Shown piece by piece: positions 47,776-57,278 of a DNA stretch of 58,319 bases. The notes beneath the pieces are model-generated. The model was not told where the DNA came from. It ran no database searches and saw nothing but the letters and a program-made list of their open reading frames with translations. Every line of letters starts with the position of its first letter. Position 1 is the first letter of the stretch. The position numbers and the translations under genes are program-made. The DNA is from Acutalibacteraceae bacterium (GTDB lineage: Bacteria; Bacillota; Clostridia; Oscillospirales; Acutalibacteraceae), in NCBI GenBank assembly GCA_045604445.1, contig JAZUOA010000168.1, positions 1 to 58,319 on the forward strand. Reading direction: 5' to 3'.

Positions 47776-48519
47776 ATGAACTACCCCACCCCTCACATCA
47801 ACGCAACCCCCGAGGATTTTGCTAAAACCGTGCTTATGCCCGGCGACCCGTTAAGAGCAAAATTCATTGCGGAAAATTTTCTTGAAAACGCAAAATTAGT
47901 TAATAATGTTAGAGGAATTCACGGCTACACAGGAACCTACAAGGGAACTCCTGTTTCCGTTATGGCTTCGGGAATGGGTATGCCCTCAATAGGCATTTAC
48001 AGCTATGAGCTTTATAATTTTTTCGGCGTTGAAAACATCATCCGCGTTGGCTCTGCCGGAGGAATGTGCGAAAAAGTAAGGGTGCGCGATATAATTATTG
48101 CTCAGGGCGCCTGCACCGATTCAAGCTATGCCCACACCTTTAATCTTCCCGGCACCTTTGCACCTATTGCAGACTATACACTTTTAAAAGCCTCGGCAGA
48201 TATTGCTGAAAAAATGGGTGTTAATTATGTTGTAGGAAATGTTGTTTCATCTGACACCTTCTATAATGATAATTCCGGCTTACCCGATGATTTAACCTCA
48301 TCGGCTCTTTGGCGGAAAATGGGCGTTTTGGGGGTAGAAATGGAAGCCGCCGCTCTTTATATGAATGCCGCCAGAAGCGGAAAAAGAGCCCTTGCCATCC
48401 TTACTGTTTCTGACCATTTAGTAACAGGAGAAGCCCTTTCTGCAGAGGAGAGGCAGAATTCCTTTACGGATATGATGAAGCTATCTCTGGAAACGGCGGT
48501 TGCGATGAATAATGAATGA
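47776..48519 (+). CDS. deoD: purine nucleoside phosphorylase, DeoD type
   Basis: TPHINATPEDFAKTVLMPGDPLRAKFIAENFL..VNNVRGIHGYTGTYKG. Confidence 0.9.
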   Translation: MNYPTPHINATPEDFAKTVLMPGDPLRAKFIAENFLENAKLVNNVRGIHGYTGTYKGTPVSVMASGMGMPSIGIYSYELYNFFGVENIIRVGSAGGMCEKVRVRDIIIAQGACTDSSYAHTFNLPGTFAPIADYTLLKASADIAEKMGVNYVVGNVVSSDTFYNDNSGLPDDLTSSALWRKMGVLGVEMEAAALYMNAARSGKRALAILTVSDHLVTGEALSAEERQNSFTDMMKLSLETAVAMNNE

Positions 48520-49636
48520 TATAAAGCGAGTTTTTCTTATTGTGCTTGATAGCTGCGGTATAGGCGCTTCTCCGGATGCCCGGGATTTCGGTGATGCCGG
48601 CTGCAGCACAATCAAAAGCATTGCAAAAACAAAATATTTTAATATACCAACTCTTAAAAGCTTAGGCTACACCCATATTGACGGACTTTCGTTTTTAGGT
48701 GAAGGCACTTTAAAAAGTAAGGTAGCCAGGCTACAGGAAAAATCAAATGGTAAAGACACAACCATAGGCCATTGGGAAATTGCCGGCGTTGTTTCCGAAA
48801 AACCCCTCCCCACCTTCCCTCAAGGCTTTCCGAAAGAATTTCTCGATAAATTCTCAGAAAAAACGGGCAGGGGTATTCTTTGCAATAAAACCTATTCGGG
48901 AACAGAGGTTATAAGGGATTACGGAGAAGAGCATTTAAAAACAGGTAAGCTTATTGTTTACACCTCTGCCGACAGCGTTTTTCAGATAGCCGCCCACGAA
49001 AGCATTATTTCTCCCGAAAAGCTTTATGAATATTGCAAAATTGCAAGAGAGCTTTTATCTGATGATTTGGGGGTTGGGCGTGTTATTGCAAGGCCCTTTG
49101 AAGGTCAATACCCCTTCAAAAGAACTTCAAGGCGACATGATTTTTCTATAGCTCCGCCAAAAGAAACCTTGCTTGATAGATTAAAAAACCAAGATTTTGA
49201 TGTTATTGGCATTGGTAAAATCAACGATATTTTTGCAGGTAAAGGTATCACAGAATATGTTTTCACCGAAAACAATGCAGATGGTATGATGAAAGCAACC
49301 GAATACCAAAACAAAGATTTTAACGGCTTATGCTTTATAAATCTTGTGGATTTCGATATGGTTTACGGCCATCGCAGAGATGCAAACGGCTACGCAACAG
49401 CTTTTTCGGATTTTGATAAATGGTTGGAAGGTTTTATTCAAAATATGAGCGAAAACGATGCTCTTATAATAACCGCCGACCATGGCTGCGACCCTTGCTT
49501 TAAAGGAACTGACCACACCCGAGAATATGTCCCCTTTTTACTTTACGGCAAAAATATTAACCCTGAAAACCTGGGTACTATTGAAGGCTTTGATTATATT
49601 GCAAAAACAATAGAAAATATTCTTATAAAAGAGTGA
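48512..49636 (+). CDS. deoB: phosphopentomutase
   Basis: KRVFLIVLDSCGIGASPDARDFGDAG, LITADHGCDP. Overlaps the deoD end by 8 nt. Confidence 0.9.
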   Translation: MNDIKRVFLIVLDSCGIGASPDARDFGDAGCSTIKSIAKTKYFNIPTLKSLGYTHIDGLSFLGEGTLKSKVARLQEKSNGKDTTIGHWEIAGVVSEKPLPTFPQGFPKEFLDKFSEKTGRGILCNKTYSGTEVIRDYGEEHLKTGKLIVYTSADSVFQIAAHESIISPEKLYEYCKIARELLSDDLGVGRVIARPFEGQYPFKRTSRRHDFSIAPPKETLLDRLKNQDFDVIGIGKINDIFAGKGITEYVFTENNADGMMKATEYQNKDFNGLCFINLVDFDMVYGHRRDANGYATAFSDFDKWLEGFIQNMSENDALIITADHGCDPCFKGTDHTREYVPFLLYGKNINPENLGTIEGFDYIAKTIENILIKE

Positions 49637-49640
49637 TGTT

Positions 49641-50048
49641 ATGACAGATAAAGAATTATACCTCGAAGCCTTAAGGGCTATGGAAAAATCATATTCACCA
49701 TATTCAAGCTGCAAGGTTGGTGCTGCTCTTTTAACGAAATCAGGCAAGGTTTTTACAGGCACAAACATTGAAAATGCCGCTTTCGGCCCCACAGTTTGCG
49801 CCGAGCGCGTGGCAGTTTTCAAAGCAGTTTCCGAAGGCGAAAAAGAATTCTCAAAAATTGCCGTTGTTGGCGGAAAAAACGGGGAAATCAATGGCATATT
49901 TGCCCCATGCGGAGTATGCAGGCAGGTTTTAAGAGAATTTTGCGATGATAATTTTATTTTGCTTTTAGGCGAAACCCCTGATAGCTTTAAGGAGATTACA
50001 TTAAGCGATTTATTACCGTTATCATTTAGCCCTGAAAATGTAAAATAA
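49641..50048 (+). CDS. cdd: cytidine deaminase
   Basis: Zinc motifs CAERVA and PCGVCRQ; 135 aa. Confidence 0.9.
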   Translation: MTDKELYLEALRAMEKSYSPYSSCKVGAALLTKSGKVFTGTNIENAAFGPTVCAERVAVFKAVSEGEKEFSKIAVVGGKNGEINGIFAPCGVCRQVLREFCDDNFILLLGETPDSFKEITLSDLLPLSFSPENVK

Positions 50049-50055
50049 GCGGAAA

Positions 50056-50154
50056 GTAGCAAATGACAAATTGCAAGTTAGTAATATCTTGCATCTTTCA
50101 ACTTTATGTAATGTGGTACGCAGCGCCCTTAACTTGCAACCTGCAACTTACAAC
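50056..50154. repeat. heptamer-terminated intergenic element, copy B (99 bp, inverted relative to copy A)
   Basis: Ends GTAGCAA-ATGACAA-ATTGCAA-GTTAGTA and CCTTAAC-TTGCAAC-CTGCAAC-TTACAAC. The reverse complement of 50078-50133 matches 47581-47636 at about 46 of 56 positions by hand alignment. Confidence 0.7.
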
Positions 50155-50174
50155 TATAAAAAACGAGGTTACCT

Positions 50175-51476
50175 ATGAGAATATATGATATAATAAAAAA
50201 GAAGCGGGATGGCGGAGAATTATCCACCGAAGAAATAGATTTTTTTATTAAAGGCTTTACTAAAGGCGAAATATTCGATTATCAGGCCTCCGCTCTTTGT
50301 ATGGCAGTTTTCTTTAACGGTATGACAGAAAGGGAGACCGCCGATTTAACCATCGCAATGGCGGAGTCGGGCGATACTGTTGACTTGTCGGAATTCGGCA
50401 GCCTTACCGTTGATAAACACAGCACCGGTGGCGTAGGCGATAAAACAACCCTCATAGTTGCCCCTATTGTTGCTTCCTTAGGATGCATTATTGCAAAAAT
50501 GAGTGGCAGGGGCTTGGGTCACACAGGCGGCACGGTTGATAAGCTGGAATCGATTGAGGGCTTTAACACAGAGCTTTCACCCGAAGAATTTTTCAATCAA
50601 GTAAAAAAAATCGGCATAGCAGTTATAGGGCAAACAGGCAACCTGACCCCTGCAGATAAGCGCCTTTACGCCTTAAGGGATGTTACCGCAACAGTTGACA
50701 GTTTACCTCTTATTGCTTCCAGCATTATGTCTAAAAAGCTTGCCGCAGGCTCTCACACGATAGTTTTGGATGTTAAATACGGCTCGGGAGCGTTTATGAA
50801 ATCCCCGCAGGATGCAAAGCAGCTTGCGTCAGAAATGGTGAAAATCGGTAAAAATTGCGGCAGGAATATTGCGGCAGTTATAACAAATATGGATATACCC
50901 TTAGGAAAAAACATCGGTAATTCTCTTGAGGTTAAAGAAGCTATCCAGGTTCTCACCGGCAAAGGGCCGGAGGATTTAAAAGAGGTTTGCCTTTCTCTTG
51001 CAACTCAGATTGTTGCCCTTTCAAAAAGCATTACGGAAAAAGATGCCCGAAAGCTTTCAGAAAATGCCCTTTATTCAGGCAAAGCTTTTGAGAAATTCAA
51101 AGAATGGATTTCCTGCCAGGGCGGTAACTCCGCCTGGCTTGAAAGCCCTGAGCTTTTCCCGAAAGCAAAATATTCTCAGGATATTTTATCCGATTATACC
51201 GGCTACATTGAAAAAATTGATACAGAAGCAGTAGGAATTGCATCTGTTATATTAGGTGCAGGCAGAGAAACAAAAGAAGATTCTATTGATATGAGCGCAG
51301 GCATCATTCTCCATAAAAAGACAGGAGAAAAAATAAATAAGGGAGATGTTTTAGCTACCCTTTACACCTGCAAGGAGGATACTCTTTCAAATGCAGAAGC
51401 AAAGCTCTTATCCTCATTTACCTTTTCGGAAAAAGCGCCCGAAGCCCAGCCCTTGATTTATGAAATCCTAAAATAA
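50175..51476 (+). CDS. pdp: pyrimidine-nucleoside phosphorylase
   Basis: MRIYDIIKKKRDG..LS.EEI.FFI, DKHSTGGVGDK, and SGRGLGHTGGTVDKLE. Confidence 0.9.
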   Translation: MRIYDIIKKKRDGGELSTEEIDFFIKGFTKGEIFDYQASALCMAVFFNGMTERETADLTIAMAESGDTVDLSEFGSLTVDKHSTGGVGDKTTLIVAPIVASLGCIIAKMSGRGLGHTGGTVDKLESIEGFNTELSPEEFFNQVKKIGIAVIGQTGNLTPADKRLYALRDVTATVDSLPLIASSIMSKKLAAGSHTIVLDVKYGSGAFMKSPQDAKQLASEMVKIGKNCGRNIAAVITNMDIPLGKNIGNSLEVKEAIQVLTGKGPEDLKEVCLSLATQIVALSKSITEKDARKLSENALYSGKAFEKFKEWISCQGGNSAWLESPELFPKAKYSQDILSDYTGYIEKIDTEAVGIASVILGAGRETKEDSIDMSAGIILHKKTGEKINKGDVLATLYTCKEDTLSNAEAKLLSSFTFSEKAPEAQPLIYEILK

Positions 51477-51477
51477 A

Positions 51478-51521
51478 AAAATGAGCTGTAAAAAAACTCA
51501 CGTTTTTTTACAGCTCATTTT
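51478..51521. terminator. bidirectional terminator, second copy of the 8407-8450 hairpin family
   Basis: AAAATGAGCTGTAAAAAAAC-TCAC-GTTTTTTTACAGCTCATTTT between convergent pdp and glyQS. Confidence 0.75.
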
Positions 51522-51540
51522 ATTTTTATATTATGGTTTC

Positions 51541-52923
51541 TTAAAAAGCGATTTTTTCTTCAATATACTTTTCAAGGTCTGTAATAGCAATGCGAACCTG
51601 CTCCATAGTGTCTCTGTCGCGAACTGTTACGCAACCATCTTCAACACTGTCAAAGTCATAAGTGATGCAGAAGGGTGTACCGATTTCATCCTGACGGCGA
51701 TATCTTTTACCAATTGAGCCTGCATCATCAAAATCAACGTTGAATTTCTTTGAAAGGCTTGAGAAAATCTCTGTTGCCTGCTCATTGAGCTTCTTTGAAA
51801 GAGGGAGAATTGCGCATTTGAAGGGCGCAAGAGTAGGATGAAGGCGAAGAACAACTCTTGTATCATTCTTTTCGGCATCAACAATTTCCTCGTCATAAGC
51901 CTCTGTAAGAATTGTAAGGAAAAGCCTTTCTACACCCAGAGAGGGTTCAATAACATATGGAATATATCTCTCATTTGTTTCAGGGTCAAAGTAATCAAGG
52001 CTTTTGCCTGATGTGTTAATATGCTGAGTAAGGTCATAGTCTGTTCTGTCGGCAACGCCCCAAAGCTCACCCCAACCAAAGGGGAAAAGATACTCAAAGT
52101 CTGTTGTTGCTTTAGAATAGAAGCAAAGCTCCTCAGGATCGTGGTCGCGAAGGCGAAGGTTTTCTTCCTTGATACCAAGAGAATAGAGCCAATCGCGGCA
52201 GAAGCCTCTCCAATATTCAAACCATTCAAGATCTGTTCCGGGCTTACAGAAAAATTCAAGCTCCATCTGCTCAAATTCGCGAACGCGGAAAATAAAGTTA
52301 CCGGGAGTAATTTCATTACGGAAGGATTTACCTATCTGAGCAACGCCAAAAGGAACCTTTTTCCGTGTTGTTCTCTGAATATTTGCAAAGTTTACAAAAA
52401 TACCCTGAGCAGTTTCGGGGCGAAGATAAAGCTCGTTCTTACTATCCTCTGTAACACCCTGGAATGTTTTAAACATAAGGTTAAACTGGCGGATATCTGT
52501 AAAGTTATGCTTGCCGCACTGAGGGCAGGCAATCGCATGCTCTTTAATATATTCCATCATCTGCTCATTTGACCAGCCTGCAACATTGGTGCCGTCAAAA
52601 TCTTCAATAAGGTTATCAGCTCTGTGGCGGGTTTTGCATTCGCGGCAATCCATAAGAGGGTCAGAAAAACCGCCAAGGTGACCTGAAGCTACCCATGTCT
52701 GAGGATTCATAAGAATAGCGCTGTCAAGGCCAACATTATAAGGGTTTTCCTGTATAAACTTCTTTCTCCAAGCGTTTTTGATGTTTGTTTTAAGCTCAAC
52801 ACCAAGGGGGCCATAGTCCCAAGTGTTTGCAAGGCCACCGTAAATTTCGCTGCCTGCATAAACAAAGCCTCTGCCCTTGCAAAGAGCAACGAGTTTTTCC
52901 ATAGATTTTTCTGTGTTCTTCAT
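51541..52923 (-). CDS. glyQS: glycine--tRNA ligase (homodimeric GlyQS type)
   Basis: [28 protein letters not shown] and class II motifs. The ATG at 52923 follows AAAGGA. The 34-codon N-terminal extension in the track reads through repeat element C and is rejected. Confidence 0.9.
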   Translation of the reverse strand: MKNTEKSMEKLVALCKGRGFVYAGSEIYGGLANTWDYGPLGVELKTNIKNAWRKKFIQENPYNVGLDSAILMNPQTWVASGHLGGFSDPLMDCRECKTRHRADNLIEDFDGTNVAGWSNEQMMEYIKEHAIACPQCGKHNFTDIRQFNLMFKTFQGVTEDSKNELYLRPETAQGIFVNFANIQRTTRKKVPFGVAQIGKSFRNEITPGNFIFRVREFEQMELEFFCKPGTDLEWFEYWRGFCRDWLYSLGIKEENLRLRDHDPEELCFYSKATTDFEYLFPFGWGELWGVADRTDYDLTQHINTSGKSLDYFDPETNERYIPYVIEPSLGVERLFLTILTEAYDEEIVDAEKNDTRVVLRLHPTLAPFKCAILPLSKKLNEQATEIFSSLSKKFNVDFDDAGSIGKRYRRQDEIGTPFCITYDFDSVEDGCVTVRDRDTMEQVRIAITDLEKYIEEKIAF

Positions 52924-52948
52924 AATATTTATCCTTTCAGGTTGAATA

Positions 52949-53491
52949 GTTGCAAATGGAAAATGGCAAGTGGCAGGTTTCGGGACCTGCGGTCGGCATT
53001 GTAACAATGCAGTTGCTCTATTCACTTTGCTCTATTTAACTATTTTTGTAATTTGTTTTTAGTTGTTCTGGCTATTGAATACAAAATCTTTTCTATCTCA
53101 ACACACTCGTTTAATATAGATTTTATCTCATTTTCTGTAAGTTTATCTGTTGCATTTAAGAGGCGCAACCAAAATTTTGTCTCAGTAGCTTCTTTTAAAG
53201 CAATATTCATTTTTGTTAAAAAATCTGCTTGACTTTGAGCTTGTTGTGCTTCCGCTACATTGGCTCCGATACTGGTTCCGGAGCGCAACAGTTGCCGAGC
53301 AATATCATATTCTTTTTTCTCGTTTACTAAAAAATCTTTTAGTCTTACAATTCTTACGGCAAAATTAAAGCTTTTTTCTTCTATGGTAGGCAATACATCA
53401 CCTCGTTGTGTTTATATTGTAAGTACTAAAATGTTCTTTCGGCGCATTTTCGCGCCCCAAAACTTACCACTTGCCACCAACAACTTGCCAC
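52949..53491. repeat. heptamer-terminated intergenic element, copy C (543 bp) carrying a four-helix-bundle protein gene
   Basis: Left end GTTGCAA-ATGGAAA-ATGGCAA-GTGGCAG-GTTTCGG followed by G-ACCTGCGGTCGGCATTGTA (copy A has GTTAAGG-G-TGCTGCGCCCGGCATTATA). Right end CCAAAAC-TTACCAC-TTGCCAC-CAACAAC-TTGCCAC, 4 nt from the ABC gene stop. Confidence 0.7.
53040..53393 (-). CDS. four-helix-bundle protein (23S rRNA intervening-sequence protein / Avd-like family)
   Basis: 117 aa. FNFAVRIVRL..ARQLLRSGTSIGANVAEAQQAQSQADFLTKMNIALKEATETKFWLRLL matches the family pattern. TTG start 5 nt after GAGGTG. Confidence 0.8.
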   Translation of the reverse strand: MPTIEEKSFNFAVRIVRLKDFLVNEKKEYDIARQLLRSGTSIGANVAEAQQAQSQADFLTKMNIALKEATETKFWLRLLNATDKLTENEIKSILNECVEIEKILYSIARTTKNKLQK

Positions 53492-53495
53492 TGAT

Positions 53496-55442
53496 TTAAA
53501 AATCCGTATCAAGCTTTCTTTGTGAAACTCTTCCTCCGAATTGGCTGTAATACATATCAGCATAAAGACCATCGGCTTCAATAAGCTCATCGTGAGTACC
53601 GCGCTCTTTAACCGCACCGCCATCTATAAAAAGAATTTCATCTGCTTTTCGAATTGTAGAAAGGCGATGAGCAATAACAAAATTTGTTCTGCCCTTCATT
53701 ATTTCGCTCATAGCCGCTTGCACCAAAAGCTCGGTTCTTGTATCAACAGAGCTTGTAGCTTCATCAAGAATAAGAATTTGCGGGTCTTTGAGTAAAGCTC
53801 TTGCAATCGTCAAAAGCTGGCGTTGCCCTTGAGAAAGATTTGTGCCGTTTTCATCAAGAACGGTGTTATAGCCATCCGGCAAGGCCAAAATAAATTCCTC
53901 AGCTTTTGCGGCTTTTGCCGCTTGAATAACCTCTTCATCAGAAGCCTCCAGGCTACCATAGCGGATGTTATCCATAACAGTACCGTTGAAAAGCCAGGTA
54001 TCTTGAAGCACCATTCCGTAGAGCGCCCTCAAATCGTCTCGGGGAACATCTCTGATATCCACCCCATCAATTGTTATTTTGCCGCTGTTAACATCATAGA
54101 AGCGCATAAGCAAATTAACAAATGTGGTTTTACCTGCTCCCGTAGGACCAACAAGCGCCACAAGGCCGCCCCGTTTTACTGTTATATTAAGGTTTTCCAT
54201 AAGGGGCTTATCAGGTGAATAGGAAAAGCTCACGTCTTCAAATTTTAATTCATTTTTGAAAATTAAGCTATCTCTGTTTACATCGGCAATTTCCTCCGGT
54301 TCATCCAAAAGCGCGAAAACTCTTTCGGAGGAAGCCATGCTGGACTGCAAATTATTAACAATTTGAGCAAGCTGAGAAATAGGCGATGTGAAAAGCTTGG
54401 AATATGTAATAAAGGTTAGAATTCCGCCTATTGTAAAGCTTTCTCCCATATCATAAAGCACTGTTTCGCCTATGGAAAAAACGCCTTCATTTACAATAAG
54501 ATAACCGCCGATAATCGCAATCAGAATATAGCCAATGTTATCAATAAGATTTATAAACGGAGCAATGGTACCGGAAATAAACTGAGCACGGCGGCTCACA
54601 TCGGTAAGCTCATCGTTGATATCATTAAACTCATCAACCGCCAACTGCTCCTGCCCGAAAAGGCGAACAATTTTATGGCCTGTATACATTTCTTCAACAT
54701 GGCCATTGAGCTCACCTGTTCTGTCCCATTGCTTTTTGAAGAGCTTTTTTGAAACCTTCATAATGCTTAAAGCAATAGCCGCAGCCGGAGGAACGATTGC
54801 AACAATAATAAGGGTTAAAAACCAGTTTGTTACAAGCATCATAACAAAAACTCCTGCAATTGTTATAACAGATGTAACAACAGAAACCATATTATGCTGG
54901 AGAGTGTTGCTTATATTATCAATGTCGTTAACAATTCTTGAAAGAATATCACCTTTAGCATTTGAATCGAAATATTTTAAAGGTAAACGAGATAATTTTC
55001 CGTTAATATCCTCTCTTAAACGGCGAACTATTTTTGCAGTAACTCCTGCCATCGTGTATTGCTGAATAAAAGAGAAAACAGCCATTCCGCCGTAAACAAC
55101 CAGAAGAATAAGCAAGTACGGCACAAGAGTTTCTGCAGAAATTTGTTGACCCTGAATTTTTAAAGCTACCTGCTCATTTAAAACATCAAGAGCATCGCCT
55201 ATATAAGTGGGGCCCACAACATTGCAAATGGTGCTGAAAATGCAGGTAAAAAGAACGATGACTATGCCCGCTTTATGCTCTGAAATATATTTCAAAAGCC
55301 TTATCAGAGTAGGAATAAAGCTCTTTGCCCTTTCCCCGCCGTTGTTTGTCTTGTATGAGGAATACCTCTGTTGCCTTGTTTTTCTTCGGTTTTCAAGAAC
55401 TATTTTTCTTTTTTCGTCAAGATTGAGTGTTTTCTTTTTCAC
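53496..55442 (-). CDS. ABC exporter, fused permease/ATPase (second half of a heterodimeric pair)
   Basis: Walker A GPTGAGKTT, LSQGQRQL, ILILDEATSSVD. Its GTG start overlaps the upstream stop (GTGA). Confidence 0.85.
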   Translation of the reverse strand: MKKKTLNLDEKRKIVLENRRKTRQQRYSSYKTNNGGERAKSFIPTLIRLLKYISEHKAGIVIVLFTCIFSTICNVVGPTYIGDALDVLNEQVALKIQGQQISAETLVPYLLILLVVYGGMAVFSFIQQYTMAGVTAKIVRRLREDINGKLSRLPLKYFDSNAKGDILSRIVNDIDNISNTLQHNMVSVVTSVITIAGVFVMMLVTNWFLTLIIVAIVPPAAAIALSIMKVSKKLFKKQWDRTGELNGHVEEMYTGHKIVRLFGQEQLAVDEFNDINDELTDVSRRAQFISGTIAPFINLIDNIGYILIAIIGGYLIVNEGVFSIGETVLYDMGESFTIGGILTFITYSKLFTSPISQLAQIVNNLQSSMASSERVFALLDEPEEIADVNRDSLIFKNELKFEDVSFSYSPDKPLMENLNITVKRGGLVALVGPTGAGKTTFVNLLMRFYDVNSGKITIDGVDIRDVPRDDLRALYGMVLQDTWLFNGTVMDNIRYGSLEASDEEVIQAAKAAKAEEFILALPDGYNTVLDENGTNLSQGQRQLLTIARALLKDPQILILDEATSSVDTRTELLVQAAMSEIMKGRTNFVIAHRLSTIRKADEILFIDGGAVKERGTHDELIEADGLYADMYYSQFGGRVSQRKLDTDF

Positions 55443-57193
55443 ACCTCCACCTCCTGACTGCTTAACTGAGAGGCTACAATATCCTTGTATTCCTCGCAGG
55501 AATCCAAAAGCTCTGAGTGCTTACCTATTCCGGCAACCTCGCCATTATCAAGAACAATTATTTTATCTGCATCAATAATTGTTCCTACCCTTTGAGCAAC
55601 TATAAGAATTGATGCATCTGTAAGATTATCCTTTAAAGCTTTTCTGAGCCTTGCATCCGTTGCAAAATCAAGGGCGGAAAAGCTATCATCAAATATATAA
55701 AACTCTGCCTTCTTTACTATTGCCCGAGCAATACAAAGGCGTTGCTTTTGACCGCCTGAAAGATTGGTGCCGTTTTGGGCAATAATGCTGTTGAGCCCAT
55801 CCGGCATCTTTTCAACAAAATCCTTCGCCTGCGCAATTTCCAAGGCCTTCCACAGCTCATCATCAGTTGCATCCTCTTTACCATAGCGAAGATTATCCGC
55901 AATCGTTCCGCTGAAAAGGAATGCTTGCTGCGGAATATAACCTAATTTTCCGTAAAGGGAAGCAAAATCCATTTCCCGAACATCAACACCATCTACAAGC
56001 ACTGCACCATCGCAAACATCATAAAATCTCGAAACAAGATTCAAAATCGTTGATTTTCCTGAACCCGTTGAGCCTATAATTGCCGTTACCTGGCCGGGAT
56101 TTGCAGTAAAGCTGACATTCTTCAAAACATCTGCAGCCTCGCCCTCAGGCGATTTATATGAAAAGCTAACATTTCTGAACTCAACAACGCCGTCACCTGA
56201 TGAGGTTTTCTCGGAATTTACAACCTCCATTTCCGGCTCTAATTCCAAAACTGCATTTATTCTTTTAGCTGAAATTTTTGCTCGCGGAAGCATAATAAAC
56301 ATTGCCGCAGCATTTGAAAGGGCAATAACCACAAAAACAAGATAAATTATAAAAGCCTGTAAATCACCGATGGTATTCTGAATTTCCACCGCATCTGTCA
56401 AGCGGTTTATTTGCACATAACCCACCGCAACAAGAATTATAATAAGCAAAAATGCCAGAAGCGTAACAATAGGAATAAGAGATGCAAATATCCTTTGCAC
56501 CTTAACATTCATCTTTGTAAGGTCATCGTTGGCATCTTTAAAGCGCTCATCTTCATACTTTGTTCGGTTAAACGCTCTTATAACTCTTATACCGCTTATT
56601 TTTTCGCGGATTATAAGGTTAAGCTTATCCACCTTTTTTTGAATTTTATCAAAGAAAGGTACAACCTTTTTGGCTACTATTAAAGCAATTATTGCAATAA
56701 CAGGCATAACAATAAGGAGCACAAGCGAAAGACCCGGGTCCATCATAACTGCCATAAATGTTCCGCCGATAAGCATTATGGGAACAGAGATTATTGTTCG
56801 CAAGGTCATAAGAATAAAATCCTGAACCTGGCGAATATCGTTTGTTGTTCTTGTAATAAGGGAGGGTATTCCGATTTTATCAATATCTATTTGAGAAAAG
56901 CCTTCAACCTTTTGGAAAATATCTGCTCTGAGCTCTCCGGCAAAGCCTGTTGAAACGCGGCTTGAGCAATAGCTGTTGGCAATAGAAATAAACATTGCAA
57001 TTACGCAACAAACCAACATAAATACACCATCGGATTTAATTGATTCCAAATCACCCTTGTTTATGCCATCATTGATTATCTGGGATAAAAGCAAGGGGAA
57101 TGCAAGAGTTAAAACGTTATTTATTGCCGCAAGAAACAATGTAAATAATGCAAAATGCTTGTGTGGCTTTAAATATTGCAACAGCTTTAACAT
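55439..57193 (-). CDS. ABC exporter, fused permease/ATPase (first half of a heterodimeric pair)
   Basis: Walker A GSTGSGKST, LSGGQKQR, FYIFDDSFSALD. The ATG at 57193 follows AGGAGA. The track start at 57241 is probably too far upstream. Confidence 0.85.
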   Translation of the reverse strand: MLKLLQYLKPHKHFALFTLFLAAINNVLTLAFPLLLSQIINDGINKGDLESIKSDGVFMLVCCVIAMFISIANSYCSSRVSTGFAGELRADIFQKVEGFSQIDIDKIGIPSLITRTTNDIRQVQDFILMTLRTIISVPIMLIGGTFMAVMMDPGLSLVLLIVMPVIAIIALIVAKKVVPFFDKIQKKVDKLNLIIREKISGIRVIRAFNRTKYEDERFKDANDDLTKMNVKVQRIFASLIPIVTLLAFLLIIILVAVGYVQINRLTDAVEIQNTIGDLQAFIIYLVFVVIALSNAAAMFIMLPRAKISAKRINAVLELEPEMEVVNSEKTSSGDGVVEFRNVSFSYKSPEGEAADVLKNVSFTANPGQVTAIIGSTGSGKSTILNLVSRFYDVCDGAVLVDGVDVREMDFASLYGKLGYIPQQAFLFSGTIADNLRYGKEDATDDELWKALEIAQAKDFVEKMPDGLNSIIAQNGTNLSGGQKQRLCIARAIVKKAEFYIFDDSFSALDFATDARLRKALKDNLTDASILIVAQRVGTIIDADKIIVLDNGEVAGIGKHSELLDSCEEYKDIVASQLSSQEVEV

Positions 57194-57249
57194 ACAGCTT
57201 TCTCCTTTACTTAAAATCGGCGCCTGAAGGCACATAAACATACAAGATA

Positions 57250-57278
57250 ACTATAGCAAAAAAACGCTTATTTATCAA
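57250..57278 (-). promoter_or_regulatory. sigma-70-type promoter for the ABC exporter pair
   Basis: Minus strand TTGATA (57278-57273), 17 nt, TATAGT (57255-57250). Confidence 0.5.

Noticed and set aside
49538-50062. 174-aa minus-strand ORF overlapping cdd and the end of deoB.
   Set aside because: It is antisense to two well-supported genes, and nothing in its sequence is recognisable. The long antisense ORFs at 38317-38775, 26308-26826, 52021-52572, 54616-55065, 3419-3844, 11123-11488 and 6141-6506 were rejected for the same reason.
52924-53025. 34-codon N-terminal extension of the glyQS ORF in the track (start at 53025).
   Set aside because: The extension reads through the heptamer repeat array. 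It encodes a non-conserved Pro/Cys-rich peptide, and a good RBS plus ATG at 52923 gives the canonical GlyQS N-terminus.
47567-53491. Whether the heptamer arrays are a CRISPR array or a simple microsatellite.
   Set aside because: The units are 7 nt and contiguous, with no spacers. They occur as short inverted sets of 3-5 units at the element ends. No cas genes are present in the window.
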